Source: a virus (lineage: Duplodnaviria; Caudoviricetes). Taken from it: 64,000 nucleotides of DNA. A program made the position numbers and the translations under genes. Numbering within the stretch: the first letter of the stretch is position 1; each line of letters begins with the position of its first letter. Below, piece after piece: positions 1 through 7,790 of the stretch. The notes beneath the pieces were generated by a model that did not search any database, had not been told where the DNA came from, and saw only the letters and a list, made by a program, of their open reading frames with translations. The stretch covers positions 1-64,000 of IMG/VR virus record IMGVR_UViG_3300020045_004648. One strand, written 5' to 3'.

Positions 1-5
1 GTGAA

Positions 6-560
6 ATGAACACCATTGACCGTATCAAAGGTTGTAGACTTATCTGGATCAACCAGAGGTGGAATCTTTACCTGCATGGGGATGAGTCTGTACGCTCTCT
101 TGTAGATGAAGAATTCCAATATAAAGAGAAGTCTAGCACATCAGGTAAAGGAACTTACTATCTTGGCTCTCAAGGTGATGTTTACAGTTTCTTCTTTCAT
201 TCTCCTGATGATGAATCTGGAAGTTATGGGTATGTTAGAAGTGTTGTAATGTTAGATGGGACATCTAGAAAAGTCAAAGGTGTATGGAGCAGTAATACAG
301 ATTCAATCGGAGCTGCATTTGGTGTAGAGTTGTTTGATACATCATTTAATGGTATTGGAACTTATATTTCAATAACCTTGCTAGAACAAATTGCAAAGAA
401 GTTTGGTTTTATCGTCTGTAATACAGGAAAGAAATATTACAAATATGAGATTGAACTTAGTGCAGAGCATGAGGCTATTGTTTCTAAGTTAGGTAAACGT
501 AATCAAGTCTCTTATGGTGATGTAGGTTATTCCAAATGTCATGTTAATATGCAATTCTAA
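6..560 (+). CDS. hypothetical phage protein
   Basis: 184-aa ORF, phage-like codon usage; may extend upstream of the window. Confidence 0.7.
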   Translation: MNTIDRIKGCRLIWINQRWNLYLHGDESVRSLVDEEFQYKEKSSTSGKGTYYLGSQGDVYSFFFHSPDDESGSYGYVRSVVMLDGTSRKVKGVWSSNTDSIGAAFGVELFDTSFNGIGTYISITLLEQIAKKFGFIVCNTGKKYYKYEIELSAEHEAIVSKLGKRNQVSYGDVGYSKCHVNMQF

Positions 561-573
561 GAAAGTAAGTCAT

Positions 574-810
574 ATGACGATTAAACTAGAACTCAAGACT
601 TGGAGTTATACTGATACAGAGAATGAGTACCCAGAGTGTTCTTTAGTGTACTTTAAATCCCTCGGTGAGGGTGCTTACGGTATAGTGGTATTTACACCAA
701 CTGGTGAATTTCACTTAGAAGAGATTACACAATACGGTACAGCACAAAGGTGTTATGGTAAGGTGCAATCTTTGCAAGAAGCCTTAGAAGTTATGGAGGA
801 ATGGGAATGA
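574..810 (+). CDS. hypothetical protein
   Basis: ATG at 574 just after upstream stop; TGA overlaps next ATG (ATGA). Confidence 0.65.
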   Translation: MTIKLELKTWSYTDTENEYPECSLVYFKSLGEGAYGIVVFTPTGEFHLEEITQYGTAQRCYGKVQSLQEALEVMEEWE

Positions 811-1127
811 GCGTAGAAGGACGCAACCCCGTTGGGGCCGCTTTGGAATCTGTCTTATCAGAAATACTTGGTGTATCCTGTGGGAATGTGAAATTTACTC
901 GTGAGAGTTCTTCACAAGATGTCTTGCTGTGCGACATCTATCTTCATGGTGTGATTAGGTGCTACTTGGAGTTCACTACTAGAAGTCCTTTAGCACATCT
1001 CAGGATAGGAAGTATAGTAATCATTACAGCATCTCATGTGAAGAATACTTACTATGCTGAACTTCTCAAAGGAGAAGAGACATCAAGGATTGTTAGGGCT
1101 ATTGCTGATGAGTTGGTGTGTGGATAA
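807..1127 (+). CDS. hypothetical protein
   Basis: ATGA-coupled start at 807. Confidence 0.65.
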   Translation: MSVEGRNPVGAALESVLSEILGVSCGNVKFTRESSSQDVLLCDIYLHGVIRCYLEFTTRSPLAHLRIGSIVIITASHVKNTYYAELLKGEETSRIVRAIADELVCG

Positions 1128-1162
1128 AGAGTGAGTAGATTAACTCAAGAAAGGAAATAAGA

Positions 1163-2014
1163 TTGAAAGAAAATAACGAAGGTCTAAACGTACTAAGTCT
1201 CTTTGATGGCATGTCGTGCGGGATGATTGCACTAGAACGTGCAGGTATCAAAGTAAAGAACTATTATGCTTCTGAGATTGATAAGCATGCAATCAAGGTA
1301 AGTAAAGCTAACTATCCGAATATTATTCAGTTAGGGGATGTTACACAAGTTGATGTGTCTACATTACCTAAGATTGATTTGTTGATTGGTGGTTCTCCTT
1401 GCCAGAGTATTTCTACTCTTGGTGACGGTAGTGGTCTTGAGGGGACTTCAGGATTATTCTATCAGTACTTGAGACTGAAGAAAGAACTAAATCCTAAATA
1501 CTTCCTTCTTGAGAACGTAGTTGGAAATAAGAAAGCTATTAGGACCATCTCTGATCTTATAGGTGTTGAACCTATTTTATTTAATTCCAATCTTGTCTCT
1601 GCTCAGAACCGTTCTAGGTACTACTGGACAAATATCCCTTTTGTGCTACCCGAGGATAAAGGTGTCAAACTGTTGGATGTATTGGATGATCAACCGGATG
1701 AAACATCTGTACTATCCGAAGCTAGACTTCGTTGGTTGCTTTCAGATAAAGGACAAGAGTGCTTGAAGAAACGCTATGCAAGTCTTGATCCTGAGAAAGC
1801 GAGTTGTCTTACAGCAAGGAGCGATGCGAGTTGGAATTGTAATTATGTAACTAGGAATGAAAAGATCACTAAACTGACTTGTTCTGAATATGAGAAGCTT
1901 CAAACTGTTCCTGTTGGTTATACATCTTGTGTTGCACCTTCGCAGAGGTACAAGATGCTAGGCAATGGATGGACTATTGATGTGATTGTGCATATTTTGC
2001 AAGGGTTAAAATAA
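1163..2014 (+). CDS. DNA (cytosine-5) methyltransferase, orphan
   Basis: Motif I LSLFDGMSCG, catalytic GGSPCQ, ENV, C-terminal YKMLGNGW; TTG start with AAGGA SD. Confidence 0.93.
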   Translation: MKENNEGLNVLSLFDGMSCGMIALERAGIKVKNYYASEIDKHAIKVSKANYPNIIQLGDVTQVDVSTLPKIDLLIGGSPCQSISTLGDGSGLEGTSGLFYQYLRLKKELNPKYFLLENVVGNKKAIRTISDLIGVEPILFNSNLVSAQNRSRYYWTNIPFVLPEDKGVKLLDVLDDQPDETSVLSEARLRWLLSDKGQECLKKRYASLDPEKASCLTARSDASWNCNYVTRNEKITKLTCSEYEKLQTVPVGYTSCVAPSQRYKMLGNGWTIDVIVHILQGLK

Positions 2015-2032
2015 AATTTAAAATTCACATAT

Positions 2033-2055
2033 GGGCACCTTCGGGTGCTCTTTTT
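2033..2055 (+). terminator. intrinsic terminator
   Basis: GGGCACC-TTCG-GGTGCTC then T-tract, after the MTase. Confidence 0.9.
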
Positions 2056-2082
2056 GTTTGTGTCTAAACAAAATATCGTGCA

Positions 2083-2186
2083 TTGATTTAAAGGCTCTAC
2101 AATCGTTTAAAACGCTTAGACAGCACTTGGTATCACCTTTGGATTTAAATCGCTCCTAGTGGCTTTAGAAGGCTTCTGAGGGGCTT
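2083..2186. repeat. dispersed ~100-bp intergenic element, copy 1
   Basis: TTGATTTAAAGGCTCTA...GGTATCACCTTT...GATTTAAATC. Confidence 0.6.
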
Positions 2187-2643
2187 TCTTTCGTTGTAAT
2201 TAAATAATACTACTAGGGTTGTGGCATTGTTTTCGTATTGTTGTTTTACTTGAGTAAATATCAAGGCTAAAACCTCTACAGGTAGGCACATGTGTTTGAT
2301 CGGAGTAGTCACACGGCAAAAACCTATTCCCATAAATCGGCAAATATCACCGCTGGTATTATCCACTCCTATATACTCGAAACCACATATAGAACCACTG
2401 GATACGTCATTTTCTGCTCTCTTTTGCTTTAGACTTAACATAATAACCGTCGTATAAAGCCGATCCTAGTACATTTTTCATCGTCCTGTACATGATGCTG
2501 GCCGCATTGGGTGAATTACTGAAGGGTATCATGCAAAAGGGTTGATTGATGGTGAAATGTGGAGTTATTTGGGGATAACAATGCTTATGCCTTTTGCCAT
2601 AATTAGACCAATCAGTACACATATGAACTAACCATGCATTATA

Positions 2644-2678
2644 TAAACCAATAGTACATATACATACTTATTGGTTTA
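2644..2678. repeat. inverted repeat/hairpin
   Basis: TAAACCAATA-GTA..TAC-T-TATTGGTTTA, 13-bp stem with one bulge. Confidence 0.7.
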
Positions 2679-2706
2679 ATTTGCGACTAATCAGTCACCT
2701 TATGAC

Positions 2707-2735
2707 AAAAGAAAACCCGGACTATGCCGGGTTTT
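2707..2735. terminator. bidirectional intrinsic terminator
   Basis: AAAACCCGG-ACTATG-CCGGGTTTT flanked by A- and T-tracts at the end of the minus-strand block. Confidence 0.85.
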
Positions 2736-2752
2736 TACTATATGTTGTTTAC

Positions 2753-2980
2753 TTAGCAGAACTGCGCAGACTGATCATACACTAAACATGCACGTTCAAT
2801 GCACAATTGACGATAAGCTGAACGAGAATGTAATACATAACCTTCAGGCATCCAATCAGAACCTAGGATGTCACTAACCCACGGATAATCATTCTCAGTC
2901 TGTTCATCAAACCTTTTAGCGATCAGATTACCTGCAGCCCAGCCGCTCAGTTTGTAACCTTCTTTATTGTAGAGTGCCAT
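2753..2980 (-). CDS. pre-early hypothetical protein (75 aa)
   Basis: Start moved to ATG 2980 (MALYNKEG) with AAGGA SD. Confidence 0.7.
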   Translation of the reverse strand: MALYNKEGYKLSGWAAGNLIAKRFDEQTENDYPWVSDILGSDWMPEGYVLHSRSAYRQLCIERACLVYDQSAQFC

Positions 2981-3004
2981 TTTTAATCCTTGGTTTATAC
3001 GTAA

Positions 3005-3023
3005 TGAAAGCCCCTTTCGGGGC
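3005..3023 (-). terminator. intrinsic terminator
   Basis: Minus strand GCCCC-GAAA-GGGGC-TTTC. Confidence 0.7.
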
Positions 3024-3032
3024 ATCCTTTGA

Positions 3033-3224
3033 TTATTTGCCGCCCTTATAAAGAAGACTAAAAACAGCAGCTTCAGTATCCCAACCTTTATTAAAAAGGG
3101 TGACAGTAGCTTGATACTCCGAAGCGAAGCCAGTAGCATTGCGAACATATTCAACCTTAGAGAGGTTATAAGATTCCATGCCCTTGATAGCTGTCAGGAG
3201 GGTTGTTTCATTAGAGGTTATCAT
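3033..3224 (-). CDS. pre-early hypothetical protein (63 aa)
   Basis: ATG 3224 (MITSNET). Confidence 0.65.
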   Translation of the reverse strand: MITSNETTLLTAIKGMESYNLSKVEYVRNATGFASEYQATVTLFNKGWDTEAAVFSLLYKGGK

Positions 3225-3328
3225 TTTGTGCTTTCGTTTGTTAGTGTCTAGGGTTTTATTATACCAAAATAAAGCATCCTGTCTGTTGTATTTATGCCTA
3301 AAGTGCATTTATTTTCTAGGTGTAAACC

Positions 3329-3496
3329 CTATTCCCCAATCGAATCAGCCCATGATGCACAGCTAAACATCATCCCAACACAAAACACACACAAAGCATA
3401 ATAATCCATGCTTAACAAGCCTATGCTAGCCCCAATGCCAGACAGACAAGCTACAACAAGGAAAAAGAACGAGAATAACCAGAGGATGATTTGCAT
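3329..3496 (-). CDS. small two-TM membrane protein (55 aa), not in ORF track
   Basis: MQIILWLFSFFFLVVACLSGIGASIGLLSMDYYALCVFCVGMMFSCASWADSIGE. Confidence 0.6.
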   Translation of the reverse strand: MQIILWLFSFFFLVVACLSGIGASIGLLSMDYYALCVFCVGMMFSCASWADSIGE

Positions 3497-3506
3497 GATA
3501 TATTAA

Positions 3507-3605
3507 TTAAAAGACTTGATACAGTTGAACCACTGTTCCTACTACAAAAGCTGACCAAACTACAGCGACTAAGATGCTGTAAGCTGTTTGTATTAGATAC
3601 TTCAT
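3507..3605 (-). CDS. small single-TM peptide (32 aa), not in ORF track
   Basis: MKYLIQTAYSILVAVVWSAFVVGTVVQLYQVF; GGAG SD; directly after a promoter. Confidence 0.55.
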   Translation of the reverse strand: MKYLIQTAYSILVAVVWSAFVVGTVVQLYQVF

Positions 3606-3633
3606 TTTGATGACTCCAGTTATTAAGACCCTC

Positions 3634-3660
3634 ATTCTAGCAGACTATTTGACTAGTCCA
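3634..3660 (-). promoter_or_regulatory. sigma70-like promoter
   Basis: TGGACT-15-TAGAAT with extended -10 TG; spacer is short. Confidence 0.45.
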
Positions 3661-3679
3661 CTAGGTAAAAACCCTAAGA

Positions 3680-3780
3680 TTACGCCACTTTTACACCCCA
3701 TCTTTTAGGGCTAGTCTGCCCCTTATCAATGACCTTCTTCTGACCCTTAGAAAATGCCCGAGCTTTTGAGCGTGTAGGAA
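3680..3780. repeat. dispersed ~100-bp element, copy 2
   Basis: Core GCTAGTCTGCCCCTT at 3710-3724. Confidence 0.45.
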
Positions 3781-3825
3781 AATAAATCAACATGATGTAG
3801 CCCTTTCAGTTAAAAGATTGATAAA

Positions 3826-3987
3826 TTAAACCCAACCGTACCTGACACTCTCACGCAAACCAAAGTAAAACCACAATACCTTGTTATCACCGTTGATCCA
3901 AGCAGTGCGAGTGCTTTTCTTTGTGCACTTGTTACCGTTACACATGAACTTTGCACCAATACACAACGAATCAAATTCAACTTTCAT
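3826..3987 (-). CDS. pre-early hypothetical protein (53 aa), not in ORF track
   Basis: MKVEFDSLCIGAKFMCNGNKCTKKSTRTAW...; GGGG SD; TG-C-TATAAT ~60 nt upstream. Confidence 0.6.
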   Translation of the reverse strand: MKVEFDSLCIGAKFMCNGNKCTKKSTRTAWINGDNKVLWFYFGLRESVRYGWV

Positions 3988-4110
3988 CTCAATTTCCCCT
4001 AGTTAAAAACCACACAATAAGACCTACAGGTGTAAGAGCTAGGATTATAGCATAGCTCAGACAACCCAAGACAATCAAGGAAACGAACAGGCGTTTTCTG
4101 AGTTGATCTA

Positions 4111-4311
4111 TCATGATAATTCAACCTCATTCCGCACCCAGTTGGGATTTACAGCAATAAATGCACCAATTGGGTCATAACGTTTTCTTTTGTCAATCTG
4201 TGCGATAGTCCATGCCTTGAGGCTCCATCCACAAGTCCCACACATGTTTGCAGGTCTAACCATCGAAGATGTTCTAAGGTGAACCACTTCGAGTTTAATT
4301 TTATTTGCCAT
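4111..4311 (-). CDS. pre-early hypothetical protein
   Basis: 66-aa ORF, GGAG SD. Confidence 0.65.
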   Translation of the reverse strand: MANKIKLEVVHLRTSSMVRPANMCGTCGWSLKAWTIAQIDKRKRYDPIGAFIAVNPNWVRNEVELS

Positions 4312-4339
4312 GGTAATTGCTCCAAATAGTCAAGTTAAA

Positions 4340-4678
4340 TCAAAACGCAGCGTAAACAAACCCATCCAGCACTTCACCACAAACTGAAGTGTTTTCCTCC
4401 AGATACTCCCGGACAATCTCCTTGATCTGGTCTTCATCACCGTCAGCATCTGACACGTCAATGTCATAAGAGCTGATGATATCTTCAATACTCGATTCTT
4501 CATATTCACAGCACAGTGCAATAACATCAAGCTCGACGGGTTCGCCTGTTTCGTCGCTGAGATTATCCAAGTAGTCAAAAAGAACTTCTAAGCCATCATA
4601 TGTAAAATTGTCTTTGCGGTTGTAACGCTGGAAAGCATCACGGAATTGATAAAGGCTGACAGTTTGAACGATTGACAT
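4340..4678 (-). CDS. highly acidic protein, candidate DNA mimic
   Basis: Start MSIVQTV at 4678 with GGAG SD; 112 aa, 29 D/E vs 6 K/R. Confidence 0.75.
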   Translation of the reverse strand: MSIVQTVSLYQFRDAFQRYNRKDNFTYDGLEVLFDYLDNLSDETGEPVELDVIALCCEYEESSIEDIISSYDIDVSDADGDEDQIKEIVREYLEENTSVCGEVLDGFVYAAF

Positions 4679-4752
4679 GGTTTTTACTCCTGTTGAAAAT
4701 TCTATCTTACCATAGAACTCTACTGAAAAGTAAAGCTCTACAATAAAACATC

Positions 4753-5019
4753 TTACGCCACCGCCATCGCTTCTTGTTGTTTTTCTACAACGCAATTCCA
4801 TTCAACTCTAAGCCCTGATTTGCCCACAATCTGATAAATCTTCTCAGGGTGTCCTCGCTTACCTTCAGGGCGTGGCACTTCTCCGATGATCTTCGCAACC
4901 CCGTATTGTGCCATAAGTGATAACCCAGGTTGGTTAATCTCCTTTTGATTGACTGTTACACCTGCAAGGATAAATTCTCGCGCTGTGCCTTTGAATGAAC
5001 GATAAGATTGAATAGACAT
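4753..5019 (-). CDS. pre-early basic hypothetical protein
   Basis: Start MSIQSY at 5019, AAGGAG SD. Confidence 0.7.
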   Translation of the reverse strand: MSIQSYRSFKGTAREFILAGVTVNQKEINQPGLSLMAQYGVAKIIGEVPRPEGKRGHPEKIYQIVGKSGLRVEWNCVVEKQQEAMAVA

Positions 5020-5044
5020 TTTTGTGCACTCCTTTAAATGAAAA

Positions 5045-5371
5045 TTAAGAAAAATAGCGACCAACAATAACAGAATCAAAATCATCCACAAAGCGAAACA
5101 AAACTCCAGAAAAATAGCTCTCCGAGACGATGCTATCCCACTTAGACAATGGGTCATCTTTTTGGACTACCATAGCCCAGCCTATAGGGTGATTATTGTC
5201 AACTGAAATGCGCTGGGTGTCGTAAACATCATACCATGCATTTTTATAGTTGACAAAACGATAGTTATATCGATCATCATCTCCAACATAGTCAAAATCT
5301 GACTGTACTTTTTCAGGTAGCTCAAAAAAGGAGACTAATTCACGTTTTTGGTTGTTTGAAATGATCTTCAT
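5045..5371 (-). CDS. pre-early conserved-type phage protein
   Basis: 108-aa ORF with SD. Confidence 0.75.
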   Translation of the reverse strand: MKIISNNQKRELVSFFELPEKVQSDFDYVGDDDRYNYRFVNYKNAWYDVYDTQRISVDNNHPIGWAMVVQKDDPLSKWDSIVSESYFSGVLFRFVDDFDSVIVGRYFS

Positions 5372-5431
5372 GTTAGCCCTTTGATTGATTTGGTAAGACT
5401 TAATTGTATCTTACTTTTACACTTTGTTCTA

Positions 5432-5575
5432 TCACTGAGCCCTTTTATTTTCTCTCGCTTGTTTCCTATCCCTGCTGGGTTTACCCTGAAAACGGGAATC
5501 CTTAGAGGTTTCCGCGCTTTGATTTGTGCGTTTGCTGTTTTCCATAGCGTTAAATTCTCCGAATTTTACTTGCAT
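5432..5575 (-). CDS. small basic peptide (47 aa)
   Basis: Start MQVKFG at 5575 after AAGGAG. Confidence 0.5.
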   Translation of the reverse strand: MQVKFGEFNAMENSKRTNQSAETSKDSRFQGKPSRDRKQARENKRAQ

Positions 5576-5576
5576 G

Positions 5577-5810
5577 TTAACTAACTCCTTTTTCACTGAT
5601 TGTAAATTCTGTGCACTGCCCGTTGACTGCCTGATAAGCCGGGATTTCGATACATGGAGGGTTTCCCTCTGACATTTGAAATTCAGCATCCGAAGCCCAT
5701 GCGTGGATCATTGAGTCATTGTGTGATATCTCGCGGTTAATGAAATACTTATGGTTCGCTTGTAAAAATTCCTTGATCTCATGACGTCCTGTTTCGTTTA
5801 CTGTATGCAT
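5577..5810 (-). CDS. pre-early hypothetical protein
   Basis: Start MHTVNE at 5810. Confidence 0.65.
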   Translation of the reverse strand: MHTVNETGRHEIKEFLQANHKYFINREISHNDSMIHAWASDAEFQMSEGNPPCIEIPAYQAVNGQCTEFTISEKGVS

Positions 5811-5829
5811 GATTTTTGCCTTGGTTAAA

Positions 5830-6039
5830 TTAACGATATTCCGCTTTTGTCTTACCAAAGCCGTGAGAGGTAGCCCACTTGTTAGCCATTTGCAACAAAT
5901 CACCAACGTGCTGACGTTTGAACGTGAAAGAATTCAGACGCTTACCACGATATGTAACTTCAACACTTGCCATGTTCAATGTGCCTTGCACTGGGTCAGT
6001 TACGACTAACTTTGCTGTTTTGGTTCGTTTGGTTTCCAT
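5830..6039 (-). CDS. pre-early hypothetical protein
   Basis: Start METKRT at 6039, TAATG overlap. Confidence 0.6.
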   Translation of the reverse strand: METKRTKTAKLVVTDPVQGTLNMASVEVTYRGKRLNSFTFKRQHVGDLLQMANKWATSHGFGKTKAEYR

Positions 6040-6302
6040 TATGATGCACTCCCATGCGGGTAAAAATTGATAAAACACACCTGACACACTCCAACAGGAT
6101 ACAATGCAATTGTATCACCGTAATTGTCAACACGGCAACGAATGCCAGACCAGCCAATAGCCCTCTTAACCCTGCGCACTGCAGCCAAATCAGAATAGTC
6201 CTCTCCCGGCTTGCATTCAATTTTGCCACGTTTCACCCATGAATAATTGGACTCACCGCCATAGGTGTCGGTCATTTCCCAATGGATATCTGTTTGTATC
6301 AT
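6039..6302 (-). CDS. pre-early hypothetical protein
   Basis: Start MIQTDI at 6302, AAGGGGG SD. Confidence 0.7.
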   Translation of the reverse strand: MIQTDIHWEMTDTYGGESNYSWVKRGKIECKPGEDYSDLAAVRRVKRAIGWSGIRCRVDNYGDTIALYPVGVCQVCFINFYPHGSAS

Positions 6303-6303
6303 G

Positions 6304-6453
6304 TTAAACCCCCTTAGCTGCCTCAAGTTGCCTAGCCAGTCTAACAAGCCTCAAATCAAGGCCATGCCGAACAGAAAAACGCTCTGCAGCGTATCGACCC
6401 CATGTTTTCCAACCTTTGGCGGCCTTGATAGTGTTCGCTGTTTGTTCGCTCAT
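6304..6453 (-). CDS. small pre-early protein (49 aa), not in ORF track
   Basis: MSEQTANTIKAAKGWKTWGRYAAERFSVRHGLDLRLVRLARQLEAAKGV; GGAG SD; first gene after the 6483-6510 promoter. Confidence 0.65.
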   Translation of the reverse strand: MSEQTANTIKAAKGWKTWGRYAAERFSVRHGLDLRLVRLARQLEAAKGV

Positions 6454-6482
6454 GATAAAACTCCAGTGTGTTGATGCTTCGA

Positions 6483-6510
6483 ATTATAGACTGTTTGAAG
6501 GGCTTGTCAA
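6483..6510 (-). promoter_or_regulatory. sigma70 promoter
   Basis: TTGACA-16-TATAAT (perfect hexamers). Confidence 0.8.
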
Positions 6511-6545
6511 TGCGTCTAAAAGGATTATTTTGTAGGTGTAAACCC

Positions 6546-6971
6546 TTAGAAGTTCACCTTGCCATCGTCACCGATATATAAATCAGCTTCGCTAAAGTGC
6601 TTTTGACAAACGCGAGTCAGAGCATCACCTAAAAACTGAGGCAAACCCTCTGATTCTCTATCCCAAAAGCCAACACCATGATGGTTACGTGTTAACGCAA
6701 AATCATGCCCGAATGCAGCCGCAGCGCTGCCAGCGTCTGGATGTTGACCGTAGCCATCATCAAAGCATTCCATAGCTTGATCAAACAATGATCCGCACAA
6801 TGCAACAAATGATGTTGCATCAGCTTTTGCTTTGTTCACTGTTTCCGCTGGCAAGTCTGCCAGATCAATATTGTCTCCTGGGTTTTCGTTGTCATCATCC
6901 CCCGGCATTGTCCAAAGGAGTGCAATAAGGTAGTGCTTTGTAATGGTGTCGATTTGGTCAGGTGTTGCCAT
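6546..6971 (-). CDS. pre-early phage protein with GHDF-LTRN-HG-GFWDR motif
   Basis: 141-aa ORF, GGAG SD. Confidence 0.8.
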   Translation of the reverse strand: MATPDQIDTITKHYLIALLWTMPGDDDNENPGDNIDLADLPAETVNKAKADATSFVALCGSLFDQAMECFDDGYGQHPDAGSAAAAFGHDFALTRNHHGVGFWDRESEGLPQFLGDALTRVCQKHFSEADLYIGDDGKVNF

Positions 6972-7052
6972 GGTGTTTGCTCCAGTTTGTTAGATGGTGA
7001 GTAGACTATAACACAATTAAAGTGCATCATAGTCTAGGGTTTACCCTTAATC

Positions 7053-7331
7053 TTATAGATTGTAGGGCGGTGGATCAATTCCTAACTCTTCGCATCTTGA
7101 TTGGATTTCGAATTGAATTTTGTTCTTTTTAGTCGTGTCAGCAAAAAGCCTGTTTTCTGATGTACGTAAATGACTGATCCTGACTTCTTCGCCGTAGTCC
7201 TTTGCTGGTTGAAAATCAATATCGAGAATCTTTTTCTTTTGTTCTTTTTCTGCAACAATACGGGCGTTCAGTATGCACAATTGTTGTTGCAGATTTTCAA
7301 TTGTGTACTTGTCAAATTCTGGGTAAATCAT
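7053..7331 (-). CDS. coiled-coil hypothetical protein
   Basis: 92-aa ORF, AGGA SD. Confidence 0.7.
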   Translation of the reverse strand: MIYPEFDKYTIENLQQQLCILNARIVAEKEQKKKILDIDFQPAKDYGEEVRISHLRTSENRLFADTTKKNKIQFEIQSRCEELGIDPPPYNL

Positions 7332-7364
7332 GGTGCTTTGTCCTGTTGGTTGATGATGTAGAGA

Positions 7365-7391
7365 ATTCTAGCATAGCTTTGCCCTTGTCAA
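7365..7391 (-). promoter_or_regulatory. sigma70-like promoter
   Basis: TTGACA-15-TAGAAT with extended -10 TG. Confidence 0.55.
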
Positions 7392-7428
7392 CCCCTAAAC
7401 ATCAAAATAGTTCTAACTTTACAATACA

Positions 7429-7530
7429 TTGATTTAAACCCTCTAGGATCAACGATTGACCCTCTAAGCCATAACCATATCACCTTATACCTGTTCGCGC
7501 ATCCTGGGCCATCCTAGTGCGTCTATTTGG
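7429..7530. repeat. dispersed ~100-bp element, copy 3
   Basis: TTGATTTAAACCCTCTA (17 bp identical to 17677); core CATATCACCTT. Confidence 0.65.
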
Positions 7531-7790
7531 CTTTGCAACAGGTCTGAAAATGCAAACTAAGGGTAAACCCTAGTAATGTTGCAGAAAAACGACAGTTGTG
7601 GTGAAAAAGCAACAAAATCGAGAAAAACTGCCCCTATACCATTTTATTCCTAACACCCCAAGAGGGTTTTTGGGTCCAGTTATAGTATATGAGTTTTTGA
7701 AACTGAAATAGTTTTATTCCTATTCTGTAAACCATCTTAATTATTCAGACGGTGTGAGGTTTTGTTTTTCAATTTAATCTATGAGAATTT

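Noticed and set aside
2145-2622. Two minus-strand ORFs (98 and 71 aa) downstream of the block terminator
   Set aside because: No clear SD or motif; they lie beyond a terminator and overlap a repeat element. Not called as genes.
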